A stretch of 63,211 bases of DNA, counting the filler, from Octopus bimaculoides (Eukaryota), in NCBI RefSeq assembly GCF_001194135.2. It is 3 parts of 3 records of this genome, joined end to end, with 100 filler letters (N's around TTAATTAATTAA, not from the genome) between each part and the next. Parts side by side here need not be neighbours in the genome. Positions count along the whole stretch, not along the records: positions 1 to 29,763 come from NC_068983.1; 2 more parts are not named here. One strand, 5' to 3'. Of the stretch, positions 1 through 12,039 are shown in pieces. The position numbers were made by a program, and so were the translations under genes. The stretch's first letter is position 1. Every line of letters begins with the position of its first letter. The notes beneath the pieces were generated by a model that saw only the letters and a list, made by a program, of their open reading frames with translations, was not told the origin of the DNA and made no database searches.

Positions 1-45
<45 letters not shown>

Positions 46-108
46 TATACATACATACATACATACATACATACGTACATACATATACATGCATATATAT
101 ATATATTG
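1..108. repeat. Compound microsatellite (AG)n-(ATAC)n-(AT)n
   Basis: Directly visible tandem repeats. Confidence 0.95.
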
Positions 109-311
109 TTGTATTTCGGGATAATAATTTTTTTTATCAAATAAACACACGCTTGTTGGAATTTAGCCAGATTATATGTAGGAGCAGAGATAATGAAAAG
201 GATGAGAGAGTTAAAAGAAAACTCTTGCAATGCTTTCATGCCACTATTACCACAATTGAGGTACGTCTCCAAATCTTTCCAGATGCTTCTTTTCTGTTCT
301 CTTTCATACAA

Positions 312-521
312 CAATAATCCCTCGCCATATCGCGGTTCACCTATCGCGGTTTATTATTTAAGCTTACGTCGATTTCTCCTTGGTGTTGTTTTGCATTTAT
401 AATACAATAGATTTATAAAAATTATATAAAAAAAAAATACAGCACTGTTTCTGCTTCGTGGATTTTCACCTATCGCGGGAGGTTTTGGAACGTAACACCC
501 GCGACATTCGAGGTATTACTG
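312..521. mobile_element. Tigger/pogo-type MITE (about 210 bp)
   Basis: Left end CAATAATCCCTCGCCATATCGCG and right end (reverse complement) CAGTAATACCTCGAATGTCGCG form imperfect TIRs of the CAGTAATCCCTCG type. TA follows the right end. No ORF. Confidence 0.7.
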
Positions 522-879
522 TAATCTCTCTTCAGATTTTCTCTAGAATTAATGTTTATTCTATATTTTATAATTCTAAAATTATAACCATTAATTCATC
601 TTTTACGTCCAACAAATGTTGGTGTTACTACTTTGTGGTAAAATGATTGAATTCTAGCTCAAGTTGTCCCCAATATATTTTCATTTAATGTTTGTAGTCA
701 ACAGAATTTTTGTTAGAAATTAATATAAATCATTTCAGAATTCAGAACTCCTACAAAAATGTACTTCATTGTTTCGATTTCTCTTACAACTGAACAGATT
801 TTCTTTAACTATTTCAATTCTTCTCTGATGTTGTCAATGTTATCACTTTGATAGTTTTGATGTGGCCGTGTCCAGTCAT

Positions 880-2500
880 GTTGTTTGTAGTGATTCTGTG
901 CCAGAGAATTCAAGCCAAAGACAATTATCAATAGTCTTGCAGAAAATGTTCAAGCAGCTTGTTAAACATGGCTGATGTTAAAGGTTGGAGGAGGTACCTA
1001 GGGCAAAGTGACTGAATGGAACCTCACTCCCAGCTTGCCACTATATCCGACATAATGTATGTGAAATGCGAGATCTCTCAAGTTCAGGTGAAGCTACACT
1101 TTCCGTCAATGATGCTAATATTTTCTAACTTGCAGGATATGTGCCATGCACCTTTTGCTGGTGTGATCAATATTCCTCCAAAATTCTGTTTAAATAGGTT
1201 AAACCATCTAACTTTATATCATGTAGAACAATTGTATACTTTCAGTAGTAATCCAGGAATTTTCCTCTTTTGCTACTAAGATGTTGTTTTTACTGTTGAG
1301 TAGGTGTGTAATTTACTCATTTCTCTCTTCACTGTTCAGTTGGTGTTGTCTAAGTAATACGATGCGGCACCCAAAGAATATCAAATCTGACTTTAAGCTT
1401 TTGCTTCTATTTCTCCGTTCAACATAGATGCTGCTAGCGTCGCTGTTGATACGTGTGTTACTGTTGCTATCTTTCTAGTCTTTATGACAAATTGTAGATT
1501 ACTTAAAGCGTCCAGTCTAGTGTTGTACTAAATATTATTATTAAAGCTGACACTGTGAAGGCATTGTAGAATATAGTTGTGTTGAATGTAGACAACCTCT
1601 ATGCATTTCTCAGTCTGTTGAAATATCCCTTTGTCCCTCTGACTTTATACATGACCGACATAAGAAATATTCTCGTCGATTCCGAAATACTTCATAAGAA
1701 ATCATCCCCAGAAAGAGGGGAGAGAAACAGGTCATTGATATTCATGTTCCTCGTTGGGTCACCTGCGTTGATTGACTACAATACATAAACCATTCCTGTC
1801 TCGCTCCAGTATCTCAATGTCGTAAATATTACTCAAGTACATTTTAAGGCGGTCGGTAAGAAATGTGTGGGTGACACTAATTTTTCTTCTCCCTACAGAT
1901 CGTGTCAAGTTGCGATATTTACTTCGTCAATAGAGTTTAAAAGGGATTCACTGCCAAGACACGCGACATTACTGACAAACTATCATCTTGGAAGATTGGT
2001 AACGTAATTCTGTTTGTGGCTAAAGCAGAAGCTTCAGTAACTATCGGTAACTTTATGTGCCATGTTTTTGTCTTTTAATGTCATCGATTATAGCAAATGG
2101 AACCGTTATATCGAAGATCAGGAAATATTTTTCCTGTTGTTTGTATCAATGCCATCCAGTTTGACGCATGGCGGTAACAACTATTGTTGTATCTGAACGA
2201 GATGGAATGATTTTCAATTCAGCTGATTTACAAAAACTGTCAGTGTGTTTCATCAGGAGAGATTCCATGTTTGGGAGGGACGTTTGTTTAATGTTTACTC
2301 GAATGATTGATTGCACTGCTACTTCTTGCACGTCGATTAATCTTATATGGATTTCTCACATAGAGATATGCCATTCTATGAGTCCATTGATTCTTCTAGA
2401 AAAAACAGCGGAACCTCCCTCAAATCTCAAATCATTGCCATAACACATTGAAGAACATCGTCCTTGATACACTTACATCTGAATGTGAAGAGATGGTCAT
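880..2500 (-). mobile_element. Heavily decayed coding-like relic, probably a non-LTR retroelement
   Basis: Less AT-rich, non-repetitive stretch with fragmentary stop-riddled minus-strand peptides (e.g. YLSNIYDIEILERDRNG). No diagnostic motif recognised. Confidence 0.25.
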
Positions 2501-3716
2501 AAATGGAATATATTTGGTATTAGAACAGCTCATTCAGGAATTCAGGATTATCCTTGGGATACACAACAATGCAAATAGCAACAGCAATAGTAGTAGTAAC
2601 AGTAACAACAGTAGCAGTAAATAAGAACTCATACACATACATATACACAGACATACGCACACACAAACGCACACATGCACGCACACACGTACACAAATGC
2701 ACACACACAGACACACACGCACACACAAATGCACACGTAGACACACATACACACACACACGCACACGCATAATTATATTTAAAGACTGTTTAATACATAT
2801 ATTTGTCTAAATGTGTCGTTACATACGTTACTACTTTTTCTCTATTGTCTCATCAAAACTGTCTCCCCCAACCTTCTTCATCCAACCCCACCCCACATAT
2901 TCTCTCTGTGGAATTTTATTCCTCTCAATCCTCTTCAGTTCAACCCCCAACCTCATCCCTCTTTCTAGAAGTTCATCTTAACGATGCTCAATAATTGACA
3001 CAATATTTAGAATTCCAGCACCATTTTACACCTTTTTTTAAATTCACCCCCAGCACTGATTCTTTTCTATTCTTTTGTTTATTTTCCCAAGATTTCTCAG
3101 TTTCAATCATATAATTCCATTACCATTTCCCTTTTCTGCTGTTGCTGCTGCCTACAGCGGTTCGTGATTTTGTTTACAGAAAATCTTAGCCAGCAAGTCA
3201 TGAAGAATTTGGAAGAAAGGTTCCGGGAGAAATATTTTTGTCACTATTTCTATCGAAATAAACAATTGTTCTTTGACAAGTGATCAATGTGAAAATATGA
3301 CTCATACTTCGTTCTTTCACTGGTTTTTGAAAACTGAATTCTAAAATAATGTTTTCCTTTTCATTTGGTGACAAAAGCCTAACAAGCCAGCATATGCAAA
3401 GCAACACCATCTTGTAGTATTTTATATAAGAAGGATCAGAAATTTAAATTCCAGTTTGTGATTCTTTCATGCTAATTTCTTTAGCCAAATAGAAACTGAT
3501 GCTGTATATTTTGGTTGTCATTCAATTGAAACTTTTCAAAATCTTTTGTTAGAAAAGAAATTCTTTTATGAAGATAGAATGTCGAAATGTTACTTTAGAA
3601 AAATGGTTAGAAAAATAATACTGTATTCGGTAGAAAATCATTATTTTACGAATATTGTTAGCAATTTAGTCGTGAAATTTCTTTCTAAATTTATTTGATT
3701 TCAGAAAGAATACAGA

Positions 3717-3941
3717 GATAATGATTTCAAAGTTTGGCATCAGAAAGAGAGCAATAGGAATGGGGAATAGGGATAAGTCGACTGAATCGACCCCAGTACA
3801 CGACTGGTACTTATTTTATCGACCCTGAAGGGATGAAAGGCAAAATTGATCCCAGCAGTATTTGAACTCAGAACATAAAGACGGACGTAATACTGCTTAG
3901 CATTTAGTTCTGCATGCTAACTATTCTGCTTGTTCGTAGCC
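3717..3941 (-). mobile_element. tRNA-derived SINE (family with GGCGGCGAGCTGGCAGAA-type head)
   Basis: Reverse complement carries a pol III A-box/B-box-like head (..GCAGAATAGTTAGC..GAGTTCAAAT) and the core GACCCCAGTA..CTGGTACTTATTTTATCGACCC, also seen at 37.1, 52.1, 54.7 and 55.4 kb. Confidence 0.8.
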
Positions 3942-4705
3942 TTAGAATGCAGAAATACTGAAGTTTATTTAGTTTCTAGTGTTAACGTTTAATTTGACCG
4001 ACTTAAATAAATATCATCCAATTATTTTTTTTTACACGATCTGTATTCTTGGTTCATGAGCAGAAAACTCAATTTGTCATGGGTCAGTAGAAGAGAGTGA
4101 AGCAATTTACGAAAGAACATCGTCCTAATAATGTGAAAAGGAATATAATGTGATTAAGTGACCACTAATAATTCTTGAAAGATCCAAAACGGTATTTCTA
4201 TTCATAAAAGACTTGTCTAAAAACATTGAGAGGACAGGAATAAAGATTAAGATTTGTTCGGCGAATTTGAAGTCATTAAAGAATATATCACGTGACATAT
4301 TTTATTGAAAATAGATAATTTCTGAAGAAATAGCATCCCCAAAGATTCTTTCTTTTGAAATACAACAGTTATTGATCGATATAACCCACCTGGTTCAGAC
4401 TCACCATCCTTAAAGCAATCATAGATGCTATTTAAGATAATATGGGAAATATAGGACGATATTACCTTCTATTTCCCAAGATTCCGGGTTCGATTCCAAG
4501 CAGTGATCTGTATAATAATAATAACAACAACAGCACCACCAACAACAACAGCAACAACAACAACAACAAAACAATAATAATAATGATAATAATAATAACA
4601 TTGAAGAAATACCTTAAGAATGAGAACCCAGGATTTGTTAGTACGATTCTTTCCTGAAAATACGAAGGGTTAAGGATTATTGGTATACGATATATGAGAT
4701 GAAAT

Positions 4706-4896
4706 CTACATAAATATAGCGCTAGGGAAACTATATATGAGCTTTCAGAGAAGGAAAGCAGACGAAGAAAGTAGCCATTTGCAGTAGCTTCCCTTATCTT
4801 TGAGGTGAGTTGAGCCAACCGGTGAAATGTTTCTCTCTGTTTGCTGTCCAGATGTTTGGGTAGATTGCTGTCGAGATGGACATAGGCACCAAGTGC
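4706..4896 (-). CDS. Candidate exon of unknown protein (ALGAYVHLDSNLPKHLDSKQRETFHRLAQLTSKIREATANG...)
   Basis: Strong minus-strand acceptor (tttttctttttatatttccgtttcacag) and an open frame inside ORF 4462..5112. No clear donor, and a competing plus-strand reading exists. Confidence 0.25.
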
Positions 4897-5552
4897 ACTG
4901 TGAAACGGAAATATAAAAAAGAAAACCAGGACAAGCATCGTCATCATCATCATCGTCATCATCATCATTATCATCATCAGTAGCAGCAGCAAAGTGATCG
5001 GCGTCTTGAAGTAACTAAGTGTGTCTTCACACTTGGCAAATATGTTTGTTTGATGGTGATCACACAATTGGAATGGAGGACACATTGGGAAGATTTTTGT
5101 GTGAGTAGGCAAGAATTAGAAGCAAAACAACAAACAACAAACGTGTTGGATTTATATGTACAAGTGGGAAAGAGTGTTTATGAATGATTTGCAAGAATGA
5201 TCTGGTCTGTAAATGAAAAGATCCTTTTTTTTTAAGACGGTAAGGTGTGATTTGAGTGAGATTTGGTCGTTTATTGTAGTTGACGCCATTGGAAACCAGT
5301 TGAAGATATTAGGTGACCATTTGTGATTTACTCCATGTAGTGTAAGAAGGGTGTTGCTTAGTAAGCGTGTTGGTGGTGAGGTATCAAATGCAGCGCTAGT
5401 CAGAAGATCAACCAGTCAGAAGAGAAACATTTTCTGGAATGGGTGGGTGGACGATTGACCAATGAAGTGTCTTGGAGTACTAGAGTGGGGGTGGGGTGAG
5501 TAAGGCTGAAGAGATTTAGGTTTGTTTCTTTTGAATAACGATGTTTCTTGGG

Positions 5553-5656
<104 letters not shown>

Positions 5657-5995
5657 TTCATATCACAGGGCAGGGTATTGGACAATTTAGAAAAATTGGT
5701 GTAGAGTTGGGGAAAATAATGAGACCAATTTCTTGTAAATGTCGAGAAAGAATCAGCTGAAAGTTCGAAACATAAATCATTGGCGAATTCCCAGAAGAAT
5801 TTTTACAAACGAAGGATTTCCAAGCCAAGCCTCACTCTCTGTCACGTGGTCTATATTTTGATCAATTTACCTACTCAATTATGTTTGTATGTATGNNNNN
5901 NNNNNNNNNNNNNNNNNNNNNNNNNNNNNNNNNNNNNNNNNNNNNNNNNNNNNNNNNNNNNNNNNNNNNNNNNNNNNNNNNNNNNNNNNNNNNNN

Positions 5996-6037
<42 letters not shown>

Positions 6038-6419
6038 GTATAGATGTGAAGACGTGTTCAATGGCCATTATTTCACAAAGCTATTGATTAAAAATTTGAA
6101 ATCAAATAAAAAAATAATAAAAAAGTAAAAGTAATTTCCAAATCACTTACTTTACTTTTCCTCTGCTATTTTCTAACAAACAAAATACATAGCTTTAGTT
6201 TTAATTGCAAATAATGACTGACAAAGCGGTCTCGTCAATAGTATTTGTAATATTTGTCGATAAGGGTGATTGCCTGAGCTAGCAACAGCCACAGAGAAAT
6301 TCTACAGCTGAATGTATTTTTACCATTTTGTTATTCCGTGTTGAAATTCTCTAAAATTATTGTAATAATTTCTTATTGCTAGACACAATGGGGATATCTT
6401 TTGAAAAGTGGAAAACGCG

Positions 6420-6465
<46 letters not shown>

Positions 6466-6945
6466 TTCGAGACAAAGAGAACTGGCTAAAAACCATAATG
6501 GTTTGTTATAAATAATATTCTTGCTTTTAGTACATATTTTTAACGATTTGTTTGCCGGTGAGTGTGTGTGTGTGTATTTGCGTGCGTGTGTTTAGTTGTA
6601 GCTGTTGTTGTTGTTGTTGTTGTTGGTGGTGTGTGTGTGTGTGTGTATGCTGGGTTAGCTATGTTTTACCTTTAGTGATGTTTACACCAACTGCAAGTCA
6701 GTCATTACAGGAAAAATAAAAGATAGAGAGGAAGAGAATAGCAGAGAGATGGTGTTGGAAAAGGACGATTGTGTTTGTAGTTTGTTCGTGATCTGTGAAT
6801 GTGCTGGAGCGGACATAATATTAGAGAGAAAGAAACGAAAGACTAGTGAGCTGGGTGGGTATGGGTGGTTCGAATCCAGTTGTGGAGAGAAACTAGTGTA
6901 TTAAAGAAGAAAGAACAATAGAAAGCTAGAGAGATAGATAGATAA

Positions 6946-6946
<1 letters not shown>

Positions 6947-6996
<50 letters not shown>
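6947..6996. repeat. (GA)n microsatellite
   Basis: Direct observation. Confidence 0.95.
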
Positions 6997-6999
<3 letters not shown>

Positions 7000-7471
7000 C
7001 GGGAGAAGAGGCAGCTCATCGGTCGGTCGAAGGCAGGAGAGAGATAGATGGTGAGTGAGGGAGGGAAGAGAGAAGAGGTAACTCCTTTGTTGGTTGGAGG
7101 CTGAAATGTGCCGCTGAACAACTTCATGTCTAACAGGGCGTTGTTTCTATTTGTAATATACAACACTATCTTACATATGGGAGACCGTATTCAACTTTGG
7201 ATGTCACGGAAGCAGTATTTCATTTTGCGTGTGAAAATGTGTTGCAGAGGTTTTGTAGTTTCTGAGGGTATTTTCCAGTGATGCGGCGTTTCCTGTGTTA
7301 AAGAAATAAAATCTCCCGGAGAAATTGTTCAGCATAGCGAAGTCTACATTTTGTTTATATAACAATTGTCAGCTGAGAATAGGGGATATGAATACCAGTA
7401 ATTACTCGTACCTAGGGAATTAGTTTAGGGATAACCCATTAACGTACAAAATAATCAGAGTCAAAACATAG

Positions 7472-7780
7472 TTAGCTTCCTTTGGTTAAACAGAGAAGAT
7501 AGATGCAGCAGCGGTAACTAAAAAGGTTTGTCATGGTCGCAGACAAAATGGAAGAGCCGTTGCCCCGGAAGATGACGAGGGAGATGCACTGGAACAGCCG
7601 CTCTGACTCACGGGGCTCGCACTTGCGGATAGTCATCTCCGCCCCGATAGCGGGGAGCAGGGATGTGGTGCAGGGACCGAGGACGCCGGTGGCCTCCATT
7701 GCTACAAATCTGACCGTTTGCCCGTCTCGGCATGGTGCATTAATGTTGTGTCGGAGAAAGGAAGTTCTGGGTATCGTATA
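7472..7780 (-). mobile_element. 3' fragment of a CRE-clade-like non-LTR retrotransposon (RLE endonuclease C-terminus)
   Basis: GC-rich island translating as RFVAMEATGVLGPCTTSLLPAIGAEMTIRKCEPRESERLFQCISLVIFRGNGSSILSAT. This matches the terminal RLE pattern FVPxAxETxGxxG...xRESxxLxQRxSxAxxRGNAxxIL of CRE/SLACS-type elements. Confidence 0.75.
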
Positions 7781-7999
7781 TCAATGTGAAACTCGATAAT
7801 AAAGAAGTTAGTGGACGAGGAGAGAGAGAGAGAGAGAGGAAGAAAAAGTGAGCAGGAAATAAATAGTATGTTACCTTAGTAATAGACTGAGGTTTCATCT
7901 TCTTAAATAATTAGAAATGACATAATTAAATGATGAAGTACAGTTGAACTAATTAGTAAATGTTCACTCCACAATAAACAATACAGACTCACAGACGCC

Positions 8000-8220
8000 A
8001 AGTTTCACTTCTATACTTGCTCTGTTGTTGCAACAACCTTCCTAATATACGGAATTAACTACCTGTGTCAGTCTCTATTCCAATCGGCTCAAGCTGAACG
8101 CTAACTGCCTCGATCTCAGTTATATGGGGAGACCTCCACTGGTGATATGGTTAAGACATATTTGTGACATTCAAAAGGCAGTTAACAAACCACGTCAGGT
8201 TAACAGAGCGGGGAGCATAA
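8000..8220 (+). mobile_element. Decayed Penelope-like GIY-YIG endonuclease relic
   Basis: Fragmentary peptides FYTCSVVATTFLIYGI and YMGET...HICDI..KP resemble the GIY-YIG pattern TCxSxNxIY...YxGET...H. Confidence 0.35.
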
Positions 8221-8938
8221 TTTAATCAGTAGTCGTTGAATAAAAGTAAGTACTTCAAGTATTTATTTAGAGTGGGAACAATGAGCTCAATTTCTTGTTT
8301 AAGCCCTTTGTTCATTTCGAATTCTCACAAACGTTTTCTTTCTCGATAAAGATCTTTGTTAATTTAGACTTTTGAAAAGAAACTTTTCGGAAAAAAATAT
8401 TAAAACTATTTATAATGAGGTTTTAAATTGTAATTAGTGTTTCACACGGTTTAAAATATAAAAAAATCATAAGTTGGATTGTACATGACAAAATTTTCAG
8501 GAATCATTTAGCTAACGATTAAAACTTTCTTATCTAATGTAACTATGGCACTAATAAACATCAATTTCAAAGAAACACAGTTGGAATCGTCAATATCTTT
8601 GTTTTAGTTCTTTTAATACGTCATGCTACTGGATGGAGTTTTGTCTTTTAACAATTTGCTTTTTCATTAAATTCATCTTTCTGTGGAATATTCCAAAATA
8701 TTGCCTCTTTGCTGGTTAGCTTCTCATTAGACTTGCTGTTGTAGGGATTATTTCACAAGTTTCAAATATATATGTTAGTTTACAACTATATCCAAATGGA
8801 TTAGATGAAAACATGTTTGAAACAAAGTCACGCAATTTACAAACTGTTAATATCTTCAAAAGAGATTTTGCTTTAAGTTTTCAGGTAAAATAAACAAAAC
8901 ACAACTGTTTCAAATATGTTTCAAGACTGATTGACATA

Positions 8939-9808
8939 AGCGGTCTGATCAATAAGTATCCGGACTGTTGCTATAGTAACGAAGCTAAAGCATGCAGAGG
9001 AAAGCCACTTGGCACTGATTGACCTTCATCTCTGCTGTGCATGCGCATTACGTTTTAACGTTCTAGCTTACTGGCGCTGTTTACAGCAGTGCTTGGAAGG
9101 AACGTGTGTAGCGTGTGATCGTCGCATTGACCATGACAGAAAAAGTTGAGAAGAGAATCTGTATCAAAGTTTGCCAAAAGCTTGGCGATACCTGCTCAGA
9201 GGCCTACGCAAGTTTTTGAAAACGTTTTCATCGTTTTCAACACAATCAAAGAGATCTTGTGCAACTGAAACTCAAATGTTTTTTAATCAGTTAAAAGTAG
9301 TTTTTGGCACAAACTTGGCGTACTTGCGTTCTCATACCAAAATCTTCAGTGATAATGGATTCAACTAAACAGTAACTAATCTGCACATCCTCTGATAACT
9401 CACGAATGGTGATTCGACGATTTACCCCTACGGCGGCACGCACATCTGCGATGTTTTTCTCAGTTCTCCTGGTTGCGGGTCTCCGAGAACGTTCGCCACT
9501 ATCAACATTTGGAAACGCCTGAACCACCCGTACACTTGTGTGCGGCTCATACACTCCTCTGCATAAACTTTCTGCAACTTTGCGTAGGCCTCTGAGCAGG
9601 TATCGCCATGACAAATTTCTCTGTCATGATCACACGCTACAATTGTTCCTTGAAAGCATTGCTGTGAAAAGCGGAAGTGAGCTAGACGGTTAAAACTTAG
9701 TGTGCATGCACGGCAGATTTCAAGCTCAATATTTTCCAAGCGGCTTCACTCTGCGTGCTTTAGCTACTTTAGTACGGAACTGTCTGGTTACTTATTGATC
9801 AGCCCTCG
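8939..9808. mobile_element. Mariner derivative built from two 5' ends in inverted (fold-back) orientation
   Basis: Both ends carry the same TIR (..CTGATCAATAAGTA..GACTG) and the 5' UTR. The plus arm reads MTEKVEERICIKVCQKLGDTCSEAYA. The minus arm reads GDTCSEAYAKLQKVYAEECMSRTQVYGWFRRF / RPATRRTEKNIADVRAAVGVNRRITIRELSEDVQIS..AKFVPK (HTH region, frameshifted). Confidence 0.85.
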
Positions 9809-10187
9809 CATAACAATCATTAATTAAAAGTACATACATAGAAGTCGCTTTAAACACTCTCTTTTCAAAACATACACACATTGTTCCCTATGACTTCTCT
9901 CTCACCTTCTATTAATACTTAAGTACATAGAAAATTCGGTAGACTTATATTAATTCACATACAACAGATACACACAGCAAGATGCTGCTGCTCAGGAAAT
10001 GACAGTAGTCTTCACAATACTATATGACTCACCTATCTTCCGGTAGCGATCTTGGACTTCCTGTACCTCTCCATTCGGCATTCCAAAACTCTGAAGCCTT
10101 CGGGCTTCCGCCAGGGGTCTGCAAAACTTGAAGTAGCACGGAACCGAATCAAACTGATTTAATTAATATATATATAATTGTGTATAT

Positions 10188-10261
10188 TAAAGGTGGTATT
10201 AAAGGCTAGTATATTTATTTAGTAAACTAAAGGTGGTGTTAAAGGCTAGTATATTTATTTA
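10188..10261. repeat. Tandem duplication of a 34-bp unit (period 40)
   Basis: TAAAGGTGGTRTTAAAGGCTAGTATATTTATTTA at 10188-10221 and 10228-10261, one mismatch. Confidence 0.9.
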
Positions 10262-10415
10262 ACCACTTGACATCTTTTGGATTACAGCCATTTCGTATCT
10301 TTCTTCATGTAATAATAATTTCAGTGCATAGCAAAATATGTTTACATATATGTACTAATATGCATGTTATGCGTTACACAGTGCAATTGTATATTCACAA
10401 ATCAATGTAGATAAC

Positions 10416-10659
10416 GGAAGCTAGCTCATCAGATATGGGGATCTGATGAGCTGGCTTTCGTAAGTGGCGCATTATAAACGTTGGGTAGATGTTGATGTCA
10501 AAAAATGAGAATAAAAAGAAAATTTAATTTTTTCTGTTTTTCCTTGTGTTTTCTTTTTCAATTTTCAATTTTTAAATATATTTTTTAACTTACGTTTTAC
10601 TTTTATCCTCATTTTTATACATGAGTTATATACACACTTTTTATAATGCCCCACTTACG
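10416..10659. repeat. 19-bp hairpin (10416-10459) adjoining a 20-bp inverted-repeat-bounded AT-rich element (10459-10659), possible MITE
   Basis: GGAAGCTAGCTCATCAGAT-atgggg-ATCTGATGAGCTGGCTTTC. CGTAAGTGGCGCATTATAAA (10459-10478) versus TTTATAATGCCCCACTTACG (10640-10659), 19/20 complementary. Confidence 0.6.
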
Positions 10660-11096
10660 CATAAATCGATAAGCCTAAAATAATATGTTATAAAATATCC
10701 AAGTTTGAATCGGACATGAAGAAATATTTATGAACACAGAAGCCGCTTCCTCTGCCTCCATAAATCCCAAACTGAGAACTCTTAAAAAAGTCGAGGGCAT
10801 GGTTGACGTCTCTAATATGTGTTAGCTGGGAAAAAGTGTTCGGTGGAAGATTGACAAGAGGAGATGATAAGGGTCCTTGGTTAGACAGGTTTGTGGAATT
10901 TGGTGGTGGTGGGGGGATATTTTACTCTCCCTTTCGCTTATTTCTTATATTCTTTCTCCACCCTCTCACCACTTCTCACCAATTCCGTTATCTATTCTCT
11001 CCACCACCCAGATCTCTCCTTGATATACCTTCACCATTTCTTCTTATCTCATCTTCATCTTGATTCTTCTTATTTTTACCTCTCCAACAAGATACA

Positions 11097-11935
11097 CTAG
11101 CTCTCTCAACCACATGGTTTCAGGCTCAGTCCCACTGCGTGGCATCTTCGGCAAGTGTCTTCTACTATAGCCTTGTGAGTGGATTTGGTAGACGGAAACT
11201 GAAAGAAGGCCGTCGTATATATATATATATATATATATATATATNNNNNNNNNNNNNNNNNNNNNNNNNNNNNNNNNNNNNNNNNNNNNNNNNNNNNNNN
11301 NNNNNNNNNNNNNNNNNNNNNNNNNNNNNNNNNNNNNNNNNNNNNNNNNNNNNNNNNNNNNNNNNNNNNNNNNNNNNNNNNNNNNNNNNNNNNNNNNNNN
11401 NNNNNNNNNNNNNNNNNNNNNNNNNNNNNNNNNNNNNNNNNNNNNNNNNNNNNNNNNNNNNNNNNNNNNNNNNNNNNNNNNNNNNNNNNNNNNNNNNNNN
11501 NNNNNNNNNNNNNNNNNNNNNNNNNNNNNNNNNNNNNNNNNNNNNNNNNNNNNNNNNNNNNNNNNNNNNNNNNNNNNNNNNNNNNNNNNNNNNNNNNNNN
11601 NNNNNNNNNNNNNNNNNNNNNNNNNNNNNNNNNNNNNNNNNNNNNNNNNNNNNNNNNNNNNNNNNNNNNNNNNNNNNNNNNNNNNNNNNNNNNNNNNNNN
11701 NNNNNNNNNNNNNNNNNNNNNNNNNNNNNNNNNNNNNNNNNNNNNNNNNNCTACAACTTTATATATATATATATATATATATATGTAGGTATTTGTGTGT
11801 ATGTTTACCTCCCCGTATCTTAGCGGTTCGGCAAAAATGACCGATAGAATAAGTACTAGGCTTACAACGAATAAGCCCCGGGTTCGATTTGTTCGACTAA
11901 AGGCTCTGTTCCAGAATGACTGAAGCAAGTAAAAA
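11097..11935 (+). mobile_element. tRNA-derived SINE (second family) with internal (TA)n and assembly gap
   Basis: Head AACCACATGGTTTCAGGCTCAGTCCCACTGCGTGGCATCTTCGGCAAGTGTC. Tail ..CTTAGCGGTTCGGCAAAA..GATAGAATAAGTACTAGGCTTAC..TGACTGAAGCAAGTAAAA, shared with 12.1, 25.4, 36.2, 48.6 and 59.5 kb. Confidence 0.8.
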
Positions 11936-12039
11936 AAAAAAAAACATATTCGTATCCATACACTAAGGTGTGTGCATGTGCATACGTGTGTGCGCGTGTG
12001 TGTGTGTGCGCGCGTGTTTATGTGTGTGTGTGTCTCACG

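Noticed and set aside
10441-10460. CTGATGAG in the hairpin as a hammerhead core
   Set aside because: No downstream GAAA box or NUH on either strand; explained by the palindrome
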